64,000 bases of DNA from Nitrososphaerota archaeon (GTDB taxonomy: Archaea > Thermoproteota > Nitrososphaeria > Nitrososphaerales > JACQRY01), in assembly GCA_016184315.1 (NCBI GenBank), contig JACPCU010000009.1, positions 13,330-77,329 of the forward strand. The letters are read 5' to 3'. Of the stretch, positions 18,299 to 26,084 are shown piece by piece (position 1 is the first letter of the stretch; each line of letters opens with the position of its first letter). The notes under the pieces were generated by a model. That model searched no databases. It was not told where the DNA came from and saw only the letters and a list, made by a program, of their open reading frames with translations. The translations under genes and the position numbers were made by a program.

Positions 18299-19484
18299 AT
18301 TGGCTCACGCTTCCACGTGGTCTGACAGATTCGAACCAGCATGGAATGGTTCGGTCATAGACATGACCTCCTATATTTCCATTAAGGCTTGCGCTGCAGA
18401 ACATTTCATTGAACACTCTATCCGGTTCACCGTAAATGCTCGCAACCACTATGCTACAGACGGCCTTTGGAGTGAAGACGATCTTGAGTTTGTCAGGTTC
18501 GTCGCTTGCTGAAAGAATCACTCTTTCGGGTATATCTGGATGGTAGTCTGGATAAAGTAGGCGCGTAATTCCGGGGACTACACTCCATCCGTTCGTAAAT
18601 CTTCCCGTTCGCGTGATCTGGATATTCTCGTTGTCAAAATACTTCCGCTCACCGTTTTTCATTCCAATAATGACTCCGCCGTGGGAGAATCTGTCGGATG
18701 GCCCCCATCGGTAGAACCTAAACTCAACGTTCTCCGGTTCTTCTTCAATCAAGGGATCACAAAGAATAACCCCCGTATCCCAGCCCCACGTACTGCCCCA
18801 ATCAAACCGGCCTCCCTCATGATCGTGGTAACCTGTACGTGTATCTATGGTAAAACTAGTCCCATCTAATGTGACTTCTCCAGAGACAGGCAGCCTTGGA
18901 AGTTCTACCCAGTTATCCCAAAGCTTAGCCATTTCTAAAGCAGCGCGGGCCATTCCATAACTAATTGTTCCGTGCATGTTTAGAACATCTAGGAAGATGT
19001 CTTTGCCTGATACAGGGGGTAGAATAACGGGGAGTTTGAAATTGCAGGCTAGATTACCAATCTGCCCTTTTATCTTGAAAGAATTATCTTTCAGGTAGAC
19101 TACCTCAATGCCTTCGCCAATAAAGTCTGGGTTGTATGATGATACTTGCAGCTTGTCAAGAGCTATTAGTTTCATCTCAGCAAAGGTTCTTCCTCGCCGG
19201 TCTGCGAAAAACAAAAGAGCGAATCCGCATCCACGCTTGGAATCATATGGGTTTCCATAAATCCCGAAGTTCAGAAAGCTGAATATACGTTTCCTTCTAT
19301 CAAAGAACACAAAGTCATGCCATTCTTTATACAGCGCCAAGCGTGCGTCAAAAATCGAGGGAATATTAAAAGCATCGACAAGAGTTGTGTCTTCTATACG
19401 GTAGAATCCCAAGGACAGAGCACCGCTAGAGCCTCCGGCTTCGACTGCGCTTTTTTGACACATTTTGCGGTGAAGCATTATCAA
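18282..19484 (-). CDS. CrtC/AttH-like (hydroxyneurosporene-synthase-like lipocalin fold) protein, putative
   Basis: 400 aa, beta-rich. GYHDHEGGRFDWGSTWGWD resembles the G-x-Y-x-DH-x-WG motif of carotenoid 1,2-hydratase/AttH domains. The assignment is from memory only. Confidence 0.4.
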   Translation of the reverse strand: MIMLHRKMCQKSAVEAGGSSGALSLGFYRIEDTTLVDAFNIPSIFDARLALYKEWHDFVFFDRRKRIFSFLNFGIYGNPYDSKRGCGFALLFFADRRGRTFAEMKLIALDKLQVSSYNPDFIGEGIEVVYLKDNSFKIKGQIGNLACNFKLPVILPPVSGKDIFLDVLNMHGTISYGMARAALEMAKLWDNWVELPRLPVSGEVTLDGTSFTIDTRTGYHDHEGGRFDWGSTWGWDTGVILCDPLIEEEPENVEFRFYRWGPSDRFSHGGVIIGMKNGERKYFDNENIQITRTGRFTNGWSVVPGITRLLYPDYHPDIPERVILSASDEPDKLKIVFTPKAVCSIVVASIYGEPDRVFNEMFCSASLNGNIGGHVYDRTIPCWFESVRPRGSVSQYAVET

Positions 19485-19842
19485 GAATTTCTAAGGTTCG
19501 GCTTGACAGTTTTTGCAACAACACCAATAGGTCAGAGCTGAATTGAAGATAGGCACGCGTCAGGTCATCAATTGAGCCTTCGACAAGGCCTTCCAATCCC
19601 TCCCTGTCAAGTTGGGACACGCGTGTCGAGAATTGAGTCAGTTTCTGGAGTGTTTGTAGAGAATTCGTAATTGAGACCTGTGTTAGCTTCGTCAATTGAT
19701 TCTGGTATTCTGGATCATTGAGGTTCTTAACTATATGATTTATTGCTTGGCCAACGAAACGCGGATCGAGCAAGACAAACGCTTGAGGAGGCACTTGCGT
19801 AGATTCACGTTCAGTCTTTGAAGTCTTCCCGTCTTTACCCAA
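19426..19842 (-). CDS. hypothetical helical protein (138 aa), phasin-like by composition
   Basis: It is an all-helical, Q/L/T-rich sequence with a basic tail (KKRSRSRRL). Its 3' end overlaps the next gene by up to 59 nt. Confidence 0.4.
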   Translation of the reverse strand: MGKDGKTSKTERESTQVPPQAFVLLDPRFVGQAINHIVKNLNDPEYQNQLTKLTQVSITNSLQTLQKLTQFSTRVSQLDREGLEGLVEGSIDDLTRAYLQFSSDLLVLLQKLSSRTLEILDNASPQNVSKKRSRSRRL

Positions 19843-19877
19843 ACAGTTCTCAAGCGCAACTCGTCTCGTAGCTGCAC

Positions 19878-20900
19878 TTATCTCTTACGGTTGATGAGGT
19901 AATCGGTTTGATCAAAGAAGAAACGCTTCCAGCGTTTCTCGGTCATCCAAGTACATTCATTCAGAAGTGTTTCTCTAGCCTTCTTGGCGAGCCTTCGAGC
20001 TACTTTCCTAGCGTATTCGAGACTGGAATATTTTTGCATGAGTTCCCTTACGTATTCCACGTCTGCATCAGTCTTAGAGTCTCGTGATGTCCCCAGAATT
20101 CTGCGCATTCTCTTTCGTTCTTCAGGAGTGCATGAGTTTAGAAGATGGATCAGTATGAGGGTTCTCTTACCCTCCAAGATATCTCCATTGATTTCCTTGC
20201 CGTAAAGCTTCTGGGACGCAGTTAAGTTCAATGTGTCGTCGGTTATCTGAAATGCCAATCCAAGGTTCAGCGCAAACCTCGTAAAGGAATCAAGCTGCTC
20301 AGGAGAGGCATGGTCACTTCCAATAATCAGGCCAGTCCGACAAGGTGTGATTACTGTGTACCAGCAAGTCTTGTTTTCACATATCCTAAAGTAATCCCTA
20401 GATGTTAGATCAACCCTATTTTTCCTCACATAGGTAAGCTCCATTATCTGTCCTTCGACACTTCTCCCAGCCATTTCCTGTATCTCCAAGATTATCTGCA
20501 AAGACTTTCTTACTCCTATTACGCTGAGGTTATCTATCAGCGGAGACATGCTAAGGATCTTGACTGCATCACCTGCATTGGCAGCCAATGCCAGACCATA
20601 TTTCCTATTCAAAGTAAGGTCACCCCTGCGATAAAGCGATTGATCTACAATATCGTCCTTGATGAGAAACGCGTTGTGGAGAAATTCGATAGCTGCTCCG
20701 GTATTTACTGCATTATCATAGTCTCCTCCTACTGATGCCGCAGCTGCGAGACAAAAGGCTGGTCGAATTCCTTTCCCTGGTCGGGTCGGGTAATCTGACA
20801 GAAGCTTGTAGGCTAGGCTATGTGGCCTGAAGTTCTTTCTTAGGTAATACTGCATTCGGCGTGCTACCTTCTTCCTTAGCATGAGTAGGTCTTCTGTCAA
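19878..20900 (-). CDS. trans-polyprenyl diphosphate synthase family protein
   Basis: 340 aa. The first Asp-rich motif is FLIKDDIVD and the second is FQITDDTLN, with conserved GKEINGDILEGKRT between and after them. Confidence 0.8.
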   Translation of the reverse strand: MTEDLLMLRKKVARRMQYYLRKNFRPHSLAYKLLSDYPTRPGKGIRPAFCLAAAASVGGDYDNAVNTGAAIEFLHNAFLIKDDIVDQSLYRRGDLTLNRKYGLALAANAGDAVKILSMSPLIDNLSVIGVRKSLQIILEIQEMAGRSVEGQIMELTYVRKNRVDLTSRDYFRICENKTCWYTVITPCRTGLIIGSDHASPEQLDSFTRFALNLGLAFQITDDTLNLTASQKLYGKEINGDILEGKRTLILIHLLNSCTPEERKRMRRILGTSRDSKTDADVEYVRELMQKYSSLEYARKVARRLAKKARETLLNECTWMTEKRWKRFFFDQTDYLINRKR

Positions 20901-21018
20901 TGATTACGAACTCTCTGTGTGCGATATTTTAATAGCTGCCTTTTAGCTGCAAAGACCAATCCTAGAGAATGCGACAGTCTTGATGAGCCGGCTCACCAGC
21001 TTCACGCTGAGGGGGGCA

Positions 21019-21189
21019 TTATTTGATGCTAATTAGTAGAGCGGCTTGTAAATCGTTGCTATCCAAGAGTATCTTCTTAACTGCTACAATCGTGGACCAG
21101 TTACTGATGGCTATTCTGGTCTTCTTGCACAAGAACGCTGTTGGGATAGACGCTCTTAGATCCTCCTCGGATGCGGTCAACAGCAGCAT
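21019..21189 (-). CDS. small hypothetical protein (56 aa), not in the ORF track
   Basis: Hand translation gives MLLLTASEEDLRASIPTAFLCKKTRIAISNWSTIVAVKKILLDSNDLQAALLISIK. It starts 14 nt after the upstream stop on the operon strand. The + strand ORF 21023..21229 is antisense to it. Confidence 0.3.
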   Translation of the reverse strand: MLLLTASEEDLRASIPTAFLCKKTRIAISNWSTIVAVKKILLDSNDLQAALLISIK

Positions 21190-21203
21190 ATTAGTGATAT
21201 GGA

Positions 21204-21470
21204 TTACTTCCTTGTTCTTGATGCTTTGATCTTATCCGCGATGCTTTGTAGCTGTCCCATGGCACCATCAAAGTGCGTCTTCAGCTGTTGAAGCTCTTGG
21301 GGCGCAACCCTCTTGGCCTCTCCTGCTGCAAGAGTGTCATATATGCCGTTGAGTATGTCGCTTAGTTGAATCTTACCGTCTTTTGGAAACGGATGAGCTT
21401 TCAGCTGTCTGAATTTGGGAGGCAGATCCTGAGCCGGTTTTCTTGACGCAATAGATTTCCGATTTGCCAC
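21204..21470 (-). CDS. hypothetical helical protein (88 aa)
   Basis: It starts 3 nt after the stop of the 296-aa ORF. I recognise no motif. Confidence 0.4.
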   Translation of the reverse strand: MANRKSIASRKPAQDLPPKFRQLKAHPFPKDGKIQLSDILNGIYDTLAAGEAKRVAPQELQQLKTHFDGAMGQLQSIADKIKASRTRK

Positions 21471-21473
21471 GTT

Positions 21474-22364
21474 CTATACCTCCACTAGAATCGTCGGGAT
21501 TTGGAAATCGTTTATTCGAAGCCCTTTTAGCTCGACCTTGTTCAGGGTCAGTGACATATCGAAGCCGGATGCCAGCGCAGATTGTACTTGCACATCGCCA
21601 GAGAGTCCATTCATAGTTATGTTTGACGCCTTTATCCTAGAGGTTATATCAACCCGCAGTCTGAAACCCACGTAACCAAGATCTGCCCAGTCGGTTGATT
21701 TCGTGAATGTGCTGCTCACTTCAAAACCGGCTGACACAGCCTTATCTATTTTGACGTCTTGTGCTTGGATATCTTTGAAGGCTATGGGCGGTACTTTGAT
21801 TCCTTCTGTCTGGAATCGGGCCACTTGAGTTCGTTTGACATTGACCGATTGTGGGCCTAGCGGATTGGGAACGGGCAAATCAAGCCCAAGGACCGAAGGG
21901 AGACCTGTAGACATTCTGGTGTCTTCCATATTTACTTCGGCTGTTTGAACGGATGAAGCCGTCATACCTTGGTTCTCCCCGCCTATGGAGGGCGTCATTA
22001 CGAAAGGACCGAATGCTGTTTGGGCAATGTCTAGTGAAAGTTTACCTCCGTTGATGGAAACGTCTCCAAGGTTACTCCAACCTGTATCAATCGAGCCGAG
22101 AGGCTCATTTCCACTGTCACTAACGCAGTATGTGTCGATGAGATAGTCCACGCAGACTCCGTACCACCAGTCAATGGACGGTTTCAATACGACTTGTATC
22201 TGTGTATTCTTCATCGTCCCTGAATTGTAATCGAAGATTCCTTTGAAGCCATTCAGGGTTACTTTCGATATTTGGATCTGTCCCACCAGCGCTTCTTGAA
22301 CAGTCATAGTGCCCGATTGAGATGACCTTATCTTGGAAGTGGGAAACTTTATCTCCTGGGACAA
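21474..22364 (-). CDS. hypothetical beta-rich protein (296 aa), first gene of the cluster
   Basis: A long uninterrupted ORF with no signal peptide or TM helix seen and no recognisable motif. Confidence 0.5.
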   Translation of the reverse strand: MSQEIKFPTSKIRSSQSGTMTVQEALVGQIQISKVTLNGFKGIFDYNSGTMKNTQIQVVLKPSIDWWYGVCVDYLIDTYCVSDSGNEPLGSIDTGWSNLGDVSINGGKLSLDIAQTAFGPFVMTPSIGGENQGMTASSVQTAEVNMEDTRMSTGLPSVLGLDLPVPNPLGPQSVNVKRTQVARFQTEGIKVPPIAFKDIQAQDVKIDKAVSAGFEVSSTFTKSTDWADLGYVGFRLRVDITSRIKASNITMNGLSGDVQVQSALASGFDMSLTLNKVELKGLRINDFQIPTILVEV

Positions 22365-22670
22365 CAGCCCGTATCACGCCTACTTTTGATATAAAGGTTC
22401 CGCACCTCCACGCTGATGCGAAATAACCAGTCAAAACAAGTGAAGCTAGAATATCTATCCTGAACCCATGGCAACAAAATCATCATTCAATGGGAGACCT
22501 ATGCGGTACCCTTAATGCAAAAGCCAAAGGAAAGACCCCCACCGAAATACTTGAAAAGACAAACCCAAAGAAGAAAGTAACGGAAAAGCTCCGCGCGCCG
22601 GTGAAGGAGACCCTCACCTACACAGTAGAAACCGTGAAGTGGGGAATGTTATGATAGCTCTGTGGGCATG

Positions 22671-22707
22671 GAACAGTATCCTAACTGACGGCTTATATGG
22701 CAAGGGG
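22671..22707 (+). repeat. copy A of a conserved ~37-nt element (gaaCagtatcCtAactgacggcttatat..caagggg)
   Basis: 32 of 37 positions are identical to 50820-50856, including a 15-mer actgacggcttatat. Confidence 0.7.
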
Positions 22708-22808
22708 TTTTCCTAGGATGATACCCAGAAGACGCATCAGAACCGCAAAGGCAAAGACATAATACATGGGTTATTTCGAAGTTATGTATGTTGGAAAAAG
22801 AACTATCT

Positions 22809-22931
22809 ATGAATAGTCGGCCAGTCTGCGACAGGCATAGAATCAGACTGGTTGAAGCATCTCCTGGTCATTTTGAATGCCCCGTGTGCGTGCAGGTCGC
22901 AGGGGCCCGAAGAAGCTTCAGAAGAAGGTAA
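22809..22931 (+). CDS. tiny zinc-ribbon ORF (40 aa)
   Basis: Hand translation gives MNSRPVCDRHRIRLVEASPGHFECPVCVQVAGARRSFRRR. It has C-x2-H...C-x2-C spacing and lies in an otherwise ORF-free region. Confidence 0.3.
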   Translation: MNSRPVCDRHRIRLVEASPGHFECPVCVQVAGARRSFRRR

Positions 22932-23006
22932 CAGCTCCGCGAGTCGGCATGAAATACGGCTCGACCTAGACCGTTCTCCACTCAGATCAACTACACTGTT
23001 CTGAGC

Positions 23007-23123
23007 TTAGCGGTCGCTCCTGCTCTTTTTTCCTTCGGCGTAGCACTCCTTCCGATGCTTTCTGAAGACCAAGGTTCCGTAGAAGGTTTTGCCACACCTT
23101 TTGCATACATTCTTTTCCGGCAT
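23007..23123 (-). CDS. tiny C2HC/C2H2-like zinc-finger ORF (38 aa)
   Basis: Hand translation gives MPEKNVCKRCGKTFYGTLVFRKHRKECYAEGKKSRSDR. The CxxC...HxxxC spacing is that of a classical zinc finger. Confidence 0.35.
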   Translation of the reverse strand: MPEKNVCKRCGKTFYGTLVFRKHRKECYAEGKKSRSDR

Positions 23124-23273
23124 GACTACACAGTGAGTCTACCTAGCTCGGGTATATTTGGTTTCCACTCCCCGGTTATGATCAACTGGGTATGAGTCAT
23201 CTACTTCTCCTCAATATTTCAGACGATATCCAGTCTAGTTATCAGAGCCTTACAATGCATATGTTAAATTCAA

Positions 23274-23642
23274 GTGCCTACACCTCTATCTTTAGAGCTG
23301 AGTAGAGTGGGGAGGTACAAGAAGGGTGAGGCAGAAATACGGATGTCAAGTGAAGGTTATCTTTCGCATCTTGACCGGAAACTTGGCTTCCCCGTGGGGA
23401 CCATCTACCGTCTATGCAAGGAAGCGAGAAACACAAAAACAAGCGAACTGAATGAGTGCAGGGTCACCTACAAAGGATTGACCGAGTCTGCAAAAGTTCG
23501 CGCTGGTAGCACCAGCTCGGTGACCAAAGACGTCTTCCTGATAGAACGTAACATAACAGGCGGCGGAAGAAAGGTTCTAGCCCAAGTCTTCCTAAGTGTA
23601 CCGGAACCAGCGCGAGAGGGTTCCACGCTCGTTGTCCCATGA
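23274..23642 (+). CDS. hypothetical protein (122 aa)
   Basis: ORF only. I recognise no motif. Confidence 0.3.
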   Translation: MPTPLSLELSRVGRYKKGEAEIRMSSEGYLSHLDRKLGFPVGTIYRLCKEARNTKTSELNECRVTYKGLTESAKVRAGSTSSVTKDVFLIERNITGGGRKVLAQVFLSVPEPAREGSTLVVP

Positions 23643-23718
23643 TGAGCGAGCCTATCTTATGTGAAAAGAAAGGAGCAGTCCAAGTGAAACATATTCAAAT
23701 CTAGGTCAAGTAGAAACT

Positions 23719-24813
23719 ATGAAGCAACACAGAATCCCCGTTAACAAAGTAACCATCGTAACCTACCCAGATGAGTTCGCAAAGCGGGAAATCCAAGAGC
23801 TTGCAAGGACCGCCGGCTATACAGTTGAAGCTGTAGTCACACAGAAACAGGTCATCAAATCTGAATACGGTGTAGGCGTAGGTAAGGCAGAAGAGCTCCA
23901 AACAATGGTCCGTGAAAACGGGTCCACCACAATCATTGTCGACGAGCGGCTTACGTCTTCGCAGGCGTACAAGCTCTCGAAAAAAACACTCGTGGATGTT
24001 GTCGATCGCGAGAGGCTTATCCTCGACATATTCGCGCAAAGAGCCCATACTCCAGAGGCGAAGCTTCAGGTGCAACTGGCCAACCTTCAATACGAGATGC
24101 CCCGGGCTAGGGACAGCGTTCGTTACTCTGTGAAGGGAGAAAGAGCTGGATTTTCGGGAATGGGAGAGACGGCAGTTGACATCAAGTTCAGAGACCTAAA
24201 ACGCCAAAAAGTTCTGATTAATCAGAAACTTGCAAAAGCTCGTCTCCAAAGGACTCTGCATAGGACTGAAAGGCGAAAGCTTTCGATGCCTTTTGTCTCC
24301 CTCGCAGGTTACACGAGCAGCGGAAAGACGGCGCTTTTCAACAGGCTCGCCTCAGAGTCAAAGGAGGAATCTCCTAAGCTTTTCACAACTCTGACCACGA
24401 CGACGCGCGCCGTGAGTCTTTCAGATTCCGGAAAAAAAGTGATGCTGTCCGACACTGTAGGCTTTGTTTCGAGGCTACCAACATACATGGTAGAATCATT
24501 CAAATCAACACTGGAGGAACTCAGTTACGCCGACCTTGTTCTGCTCTTGATTGACGTGAGCGAAGAAATAGAAAGCATTAGGATAAAGCTGGAATGCTGC
24601 AAAGACATTCTGAACCAGCTGGAGGTCAGTCCCAACAAGATCCTGTTCGCTCTGAATAAGATCGACCTTCTGAAAGAGGCTGCTTGGGAACAGATTGAGG
24701 AGAATGGCCTCTTCGACGGGCTCCCTTACGTCAAGATCTCCGCATTAAGAGGAGATGGGCTACGCCAGCTGAAGAACCGCGTGATAGAACAGACCAGCAG
24801 AGTAGAAAAGTAG
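23719..24813 (+). CDS. hflX: GTPase HflX
   Basis: 364 aa. The HflX N-domain is followed by G1 GYTSSGKTALFNRL, G3 DTVGF and G4 NKID. Confidence 0.85.
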   Translation: MKQHRIPVNKVTIVTYPDEFAKREIQELARTAGYTVEAVVTQKQVIKSEYGVGVGKAEELQTMVRENGSTTIIVDERLTSSQAYKLSKKTLVDVVDRERLILDIFAQRAHTPEAKLQVQLANLQYEMPRARDSVRYSVKGERAGFSGMGETAVDIKFRDLKRQKVLINQKLAKARLQRTLHRTERRKLSMPFVSLAGYTSSGKTALFNRLASESKEESPKLFTTLTTTTRAVSLSDSGKKVMLSDTVGFVSRLPTYMVESFKSTLEELSYADLVLLLIDVSEEIESIRIKLECCKDILNQLEVSPNKILFALNKIDLLKEAAWEQIEENGLFDGLPYVKISALRGDGLRQLKNRVIEQTSRVEK

Positions 24814-24992
24814 GAAAGATCAGGTAATTCTCTTAGTGTTCTGAAACCTGCTAGGATGCATGTTGTTTCGAAGCTCCAGTTTTCGTGTGCAGATTACTGC
24901 GCTGAAAGTGTTGCCTTGGGGCGTGCCACTGTCCCGTTTTGCTTAAAAGAGATTGTTATCATGTTATATAGTAGGTCTTTGGGTAGGGCAAC

Positions 24993-25322
24993 ATGTCAGT
25001 ACAGGAATATAGTAGCACAAAAACATGGGTCGCGCAACTGGTTCAACAGCGGCCTCATATGACCGTGCAGAACTACTTATGGGGGCTCCAAGTCTTTTGC
25101 GACTGGGCCAAGAAGAATCCCGATGAGCTTGTATTAGAAAGACAGGGAGAAATGACTGGAGAACCTGAACCTCTTGAAGCTCAGGCATCCAAACGGATTC
25201 TGAGTTTTCAAGCAAACGGTAAACTGAAGACGAAACACAGTAGGGAAATGATAGTCACCGCGCTTGCTTCGTTCTATGAGAACAACAAGGTAGGCCTGCA
25301 AGCACAAGCCCGGAAACAATAG
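24993..25322 (+). pseudogene. possible N-terminal (SAM-like domain) fragment of a tyrosine integrase
   Basis: 109 aa. The pattern TVQNYLWGLQVFCDWAKKNPDEL...IVTALASFYENN resembles integrase N-terminal core-binding domains. No catalytic domain follows. It lies 88 nt from the tRNA 3' end. Confidence 0.3.
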
Positions 25323-25409
25323 ATTGGGACTGAAGCTTCTCTGGACAGTCTCTACTCAGCGCTCGCCTATCAACTATCATCTGTATTTAGCTCACAACTG
25401 TGGGACTAA

Positions 25410-25587
25410 TGGGGCCGGTGGGATTTGAACCCACGATCGCCAGCGCACTGGGCGCACCGAGCGCACCCCAGGTTCACCGCGCAGATGCTCTGGTATCCTA
25501 TTGGCGGACTCACCTAGACCAAGTTATCCGTATGTTTCTGTCCGACCTAGATAGGTAGACAGTGGCATTACTCTAGACGACGGCCCC
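25410..25587 (-). tRNA. intron-containing tRNA, isotype unresolved (Pro-like acceptor; 178 nt)
   Basis: Minus-strand read: acceptor GGGGCCG/CGGCCCC, discriminator A, T-arm GTGGG-TTCAAAT-CCCAC. The D-arm GTCTAG...CTTGGTCTAGGT is split by a 49-nt insert. About 54 further extra nt lie between the D-arm and T-arm. A CUGGGGU heptamer is present, but I could not pair a clean anticodon stem. Confidence 0.6.
25573..25587. repeat. att core, tRNA-proximal copy (ctagacgacggcccc)
   Basis: Exact 15-mer shared with 34004-34018. It corresponds to tRNA positions 1-15. Confidence 0.65.
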
Positions 25588-25621
25588 CTAACATTACGCT
25601 TAGGAGGGATGGTTTAAGGGT

Positions 25622-26041
25622 TTAGGAAGGTCTTCCATTACGGAGAAATTGTAGCTTTTGTAGGTCTCTATAGGCCCCTCTTATGTCGCCCTTAAGTAAT
25701 CTTCCAGGCGCAAATATACGGAGTCGCTTCTTGTGCTTTTTTGATACGGGGAGTTTCTTTCGTACTACCGCATTATATTTTCTCATGATGCGTTCTTCAG
25801 CTTTGGTAACTTTTCCAGCATTTGTTCTGTTCGCCTTATCCGCCACAGGCTGTAGGGAGAAAACTGCATTTTGTAGTCTACCAGACGCAAGATGGATAAT
25901 AGCATCCTCAATATGACATTGTAAAGTGGTGTCTAGTAAATATCTGAACCGATTTAATAAGACGCCAAAAAAGTCGTGCGCTACGGGATCATGTTCAACA
26001 ACACATTTCTGACATTGTATACCTTTGGGAGCCAAGGGCAT
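25622..26041 (-). CDS. hypothetical protein (139 aa), element-borne
   Basis: ORF with an N-terminal CQKC...H.. cluster and a basic C-terminus. I recognise no family. Confidence 0.4.
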   Translation of the reverse strand: MPLAPKGIQCQKCVVEHDPVAHDFFGVLLNRFRYLLDTTLQCHIEDAIIHLASGRLQNAVFSLQPVADKANRTNAGKVTKAEERIMRKYNAVVRKKLPVSKKHKKRLRIFAPGRLLKGDIRGAYRDLQKLQFLRNGRPS

Positions 26042-26084
26042 CTTTTTGTGTCAGGAGGCTCGCCTTTATGGTTATTCCTCGTCT

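Noticed and set aside
25441-25475. Three tandem GTGCGC-containing units that might be taken for a short repeat array or a mini-CRISPR.
   Set aside because: The units are about 9-10 nt with no spacers, and they lie inside the tRNA gene body. They more likely represent intron or stem structure.
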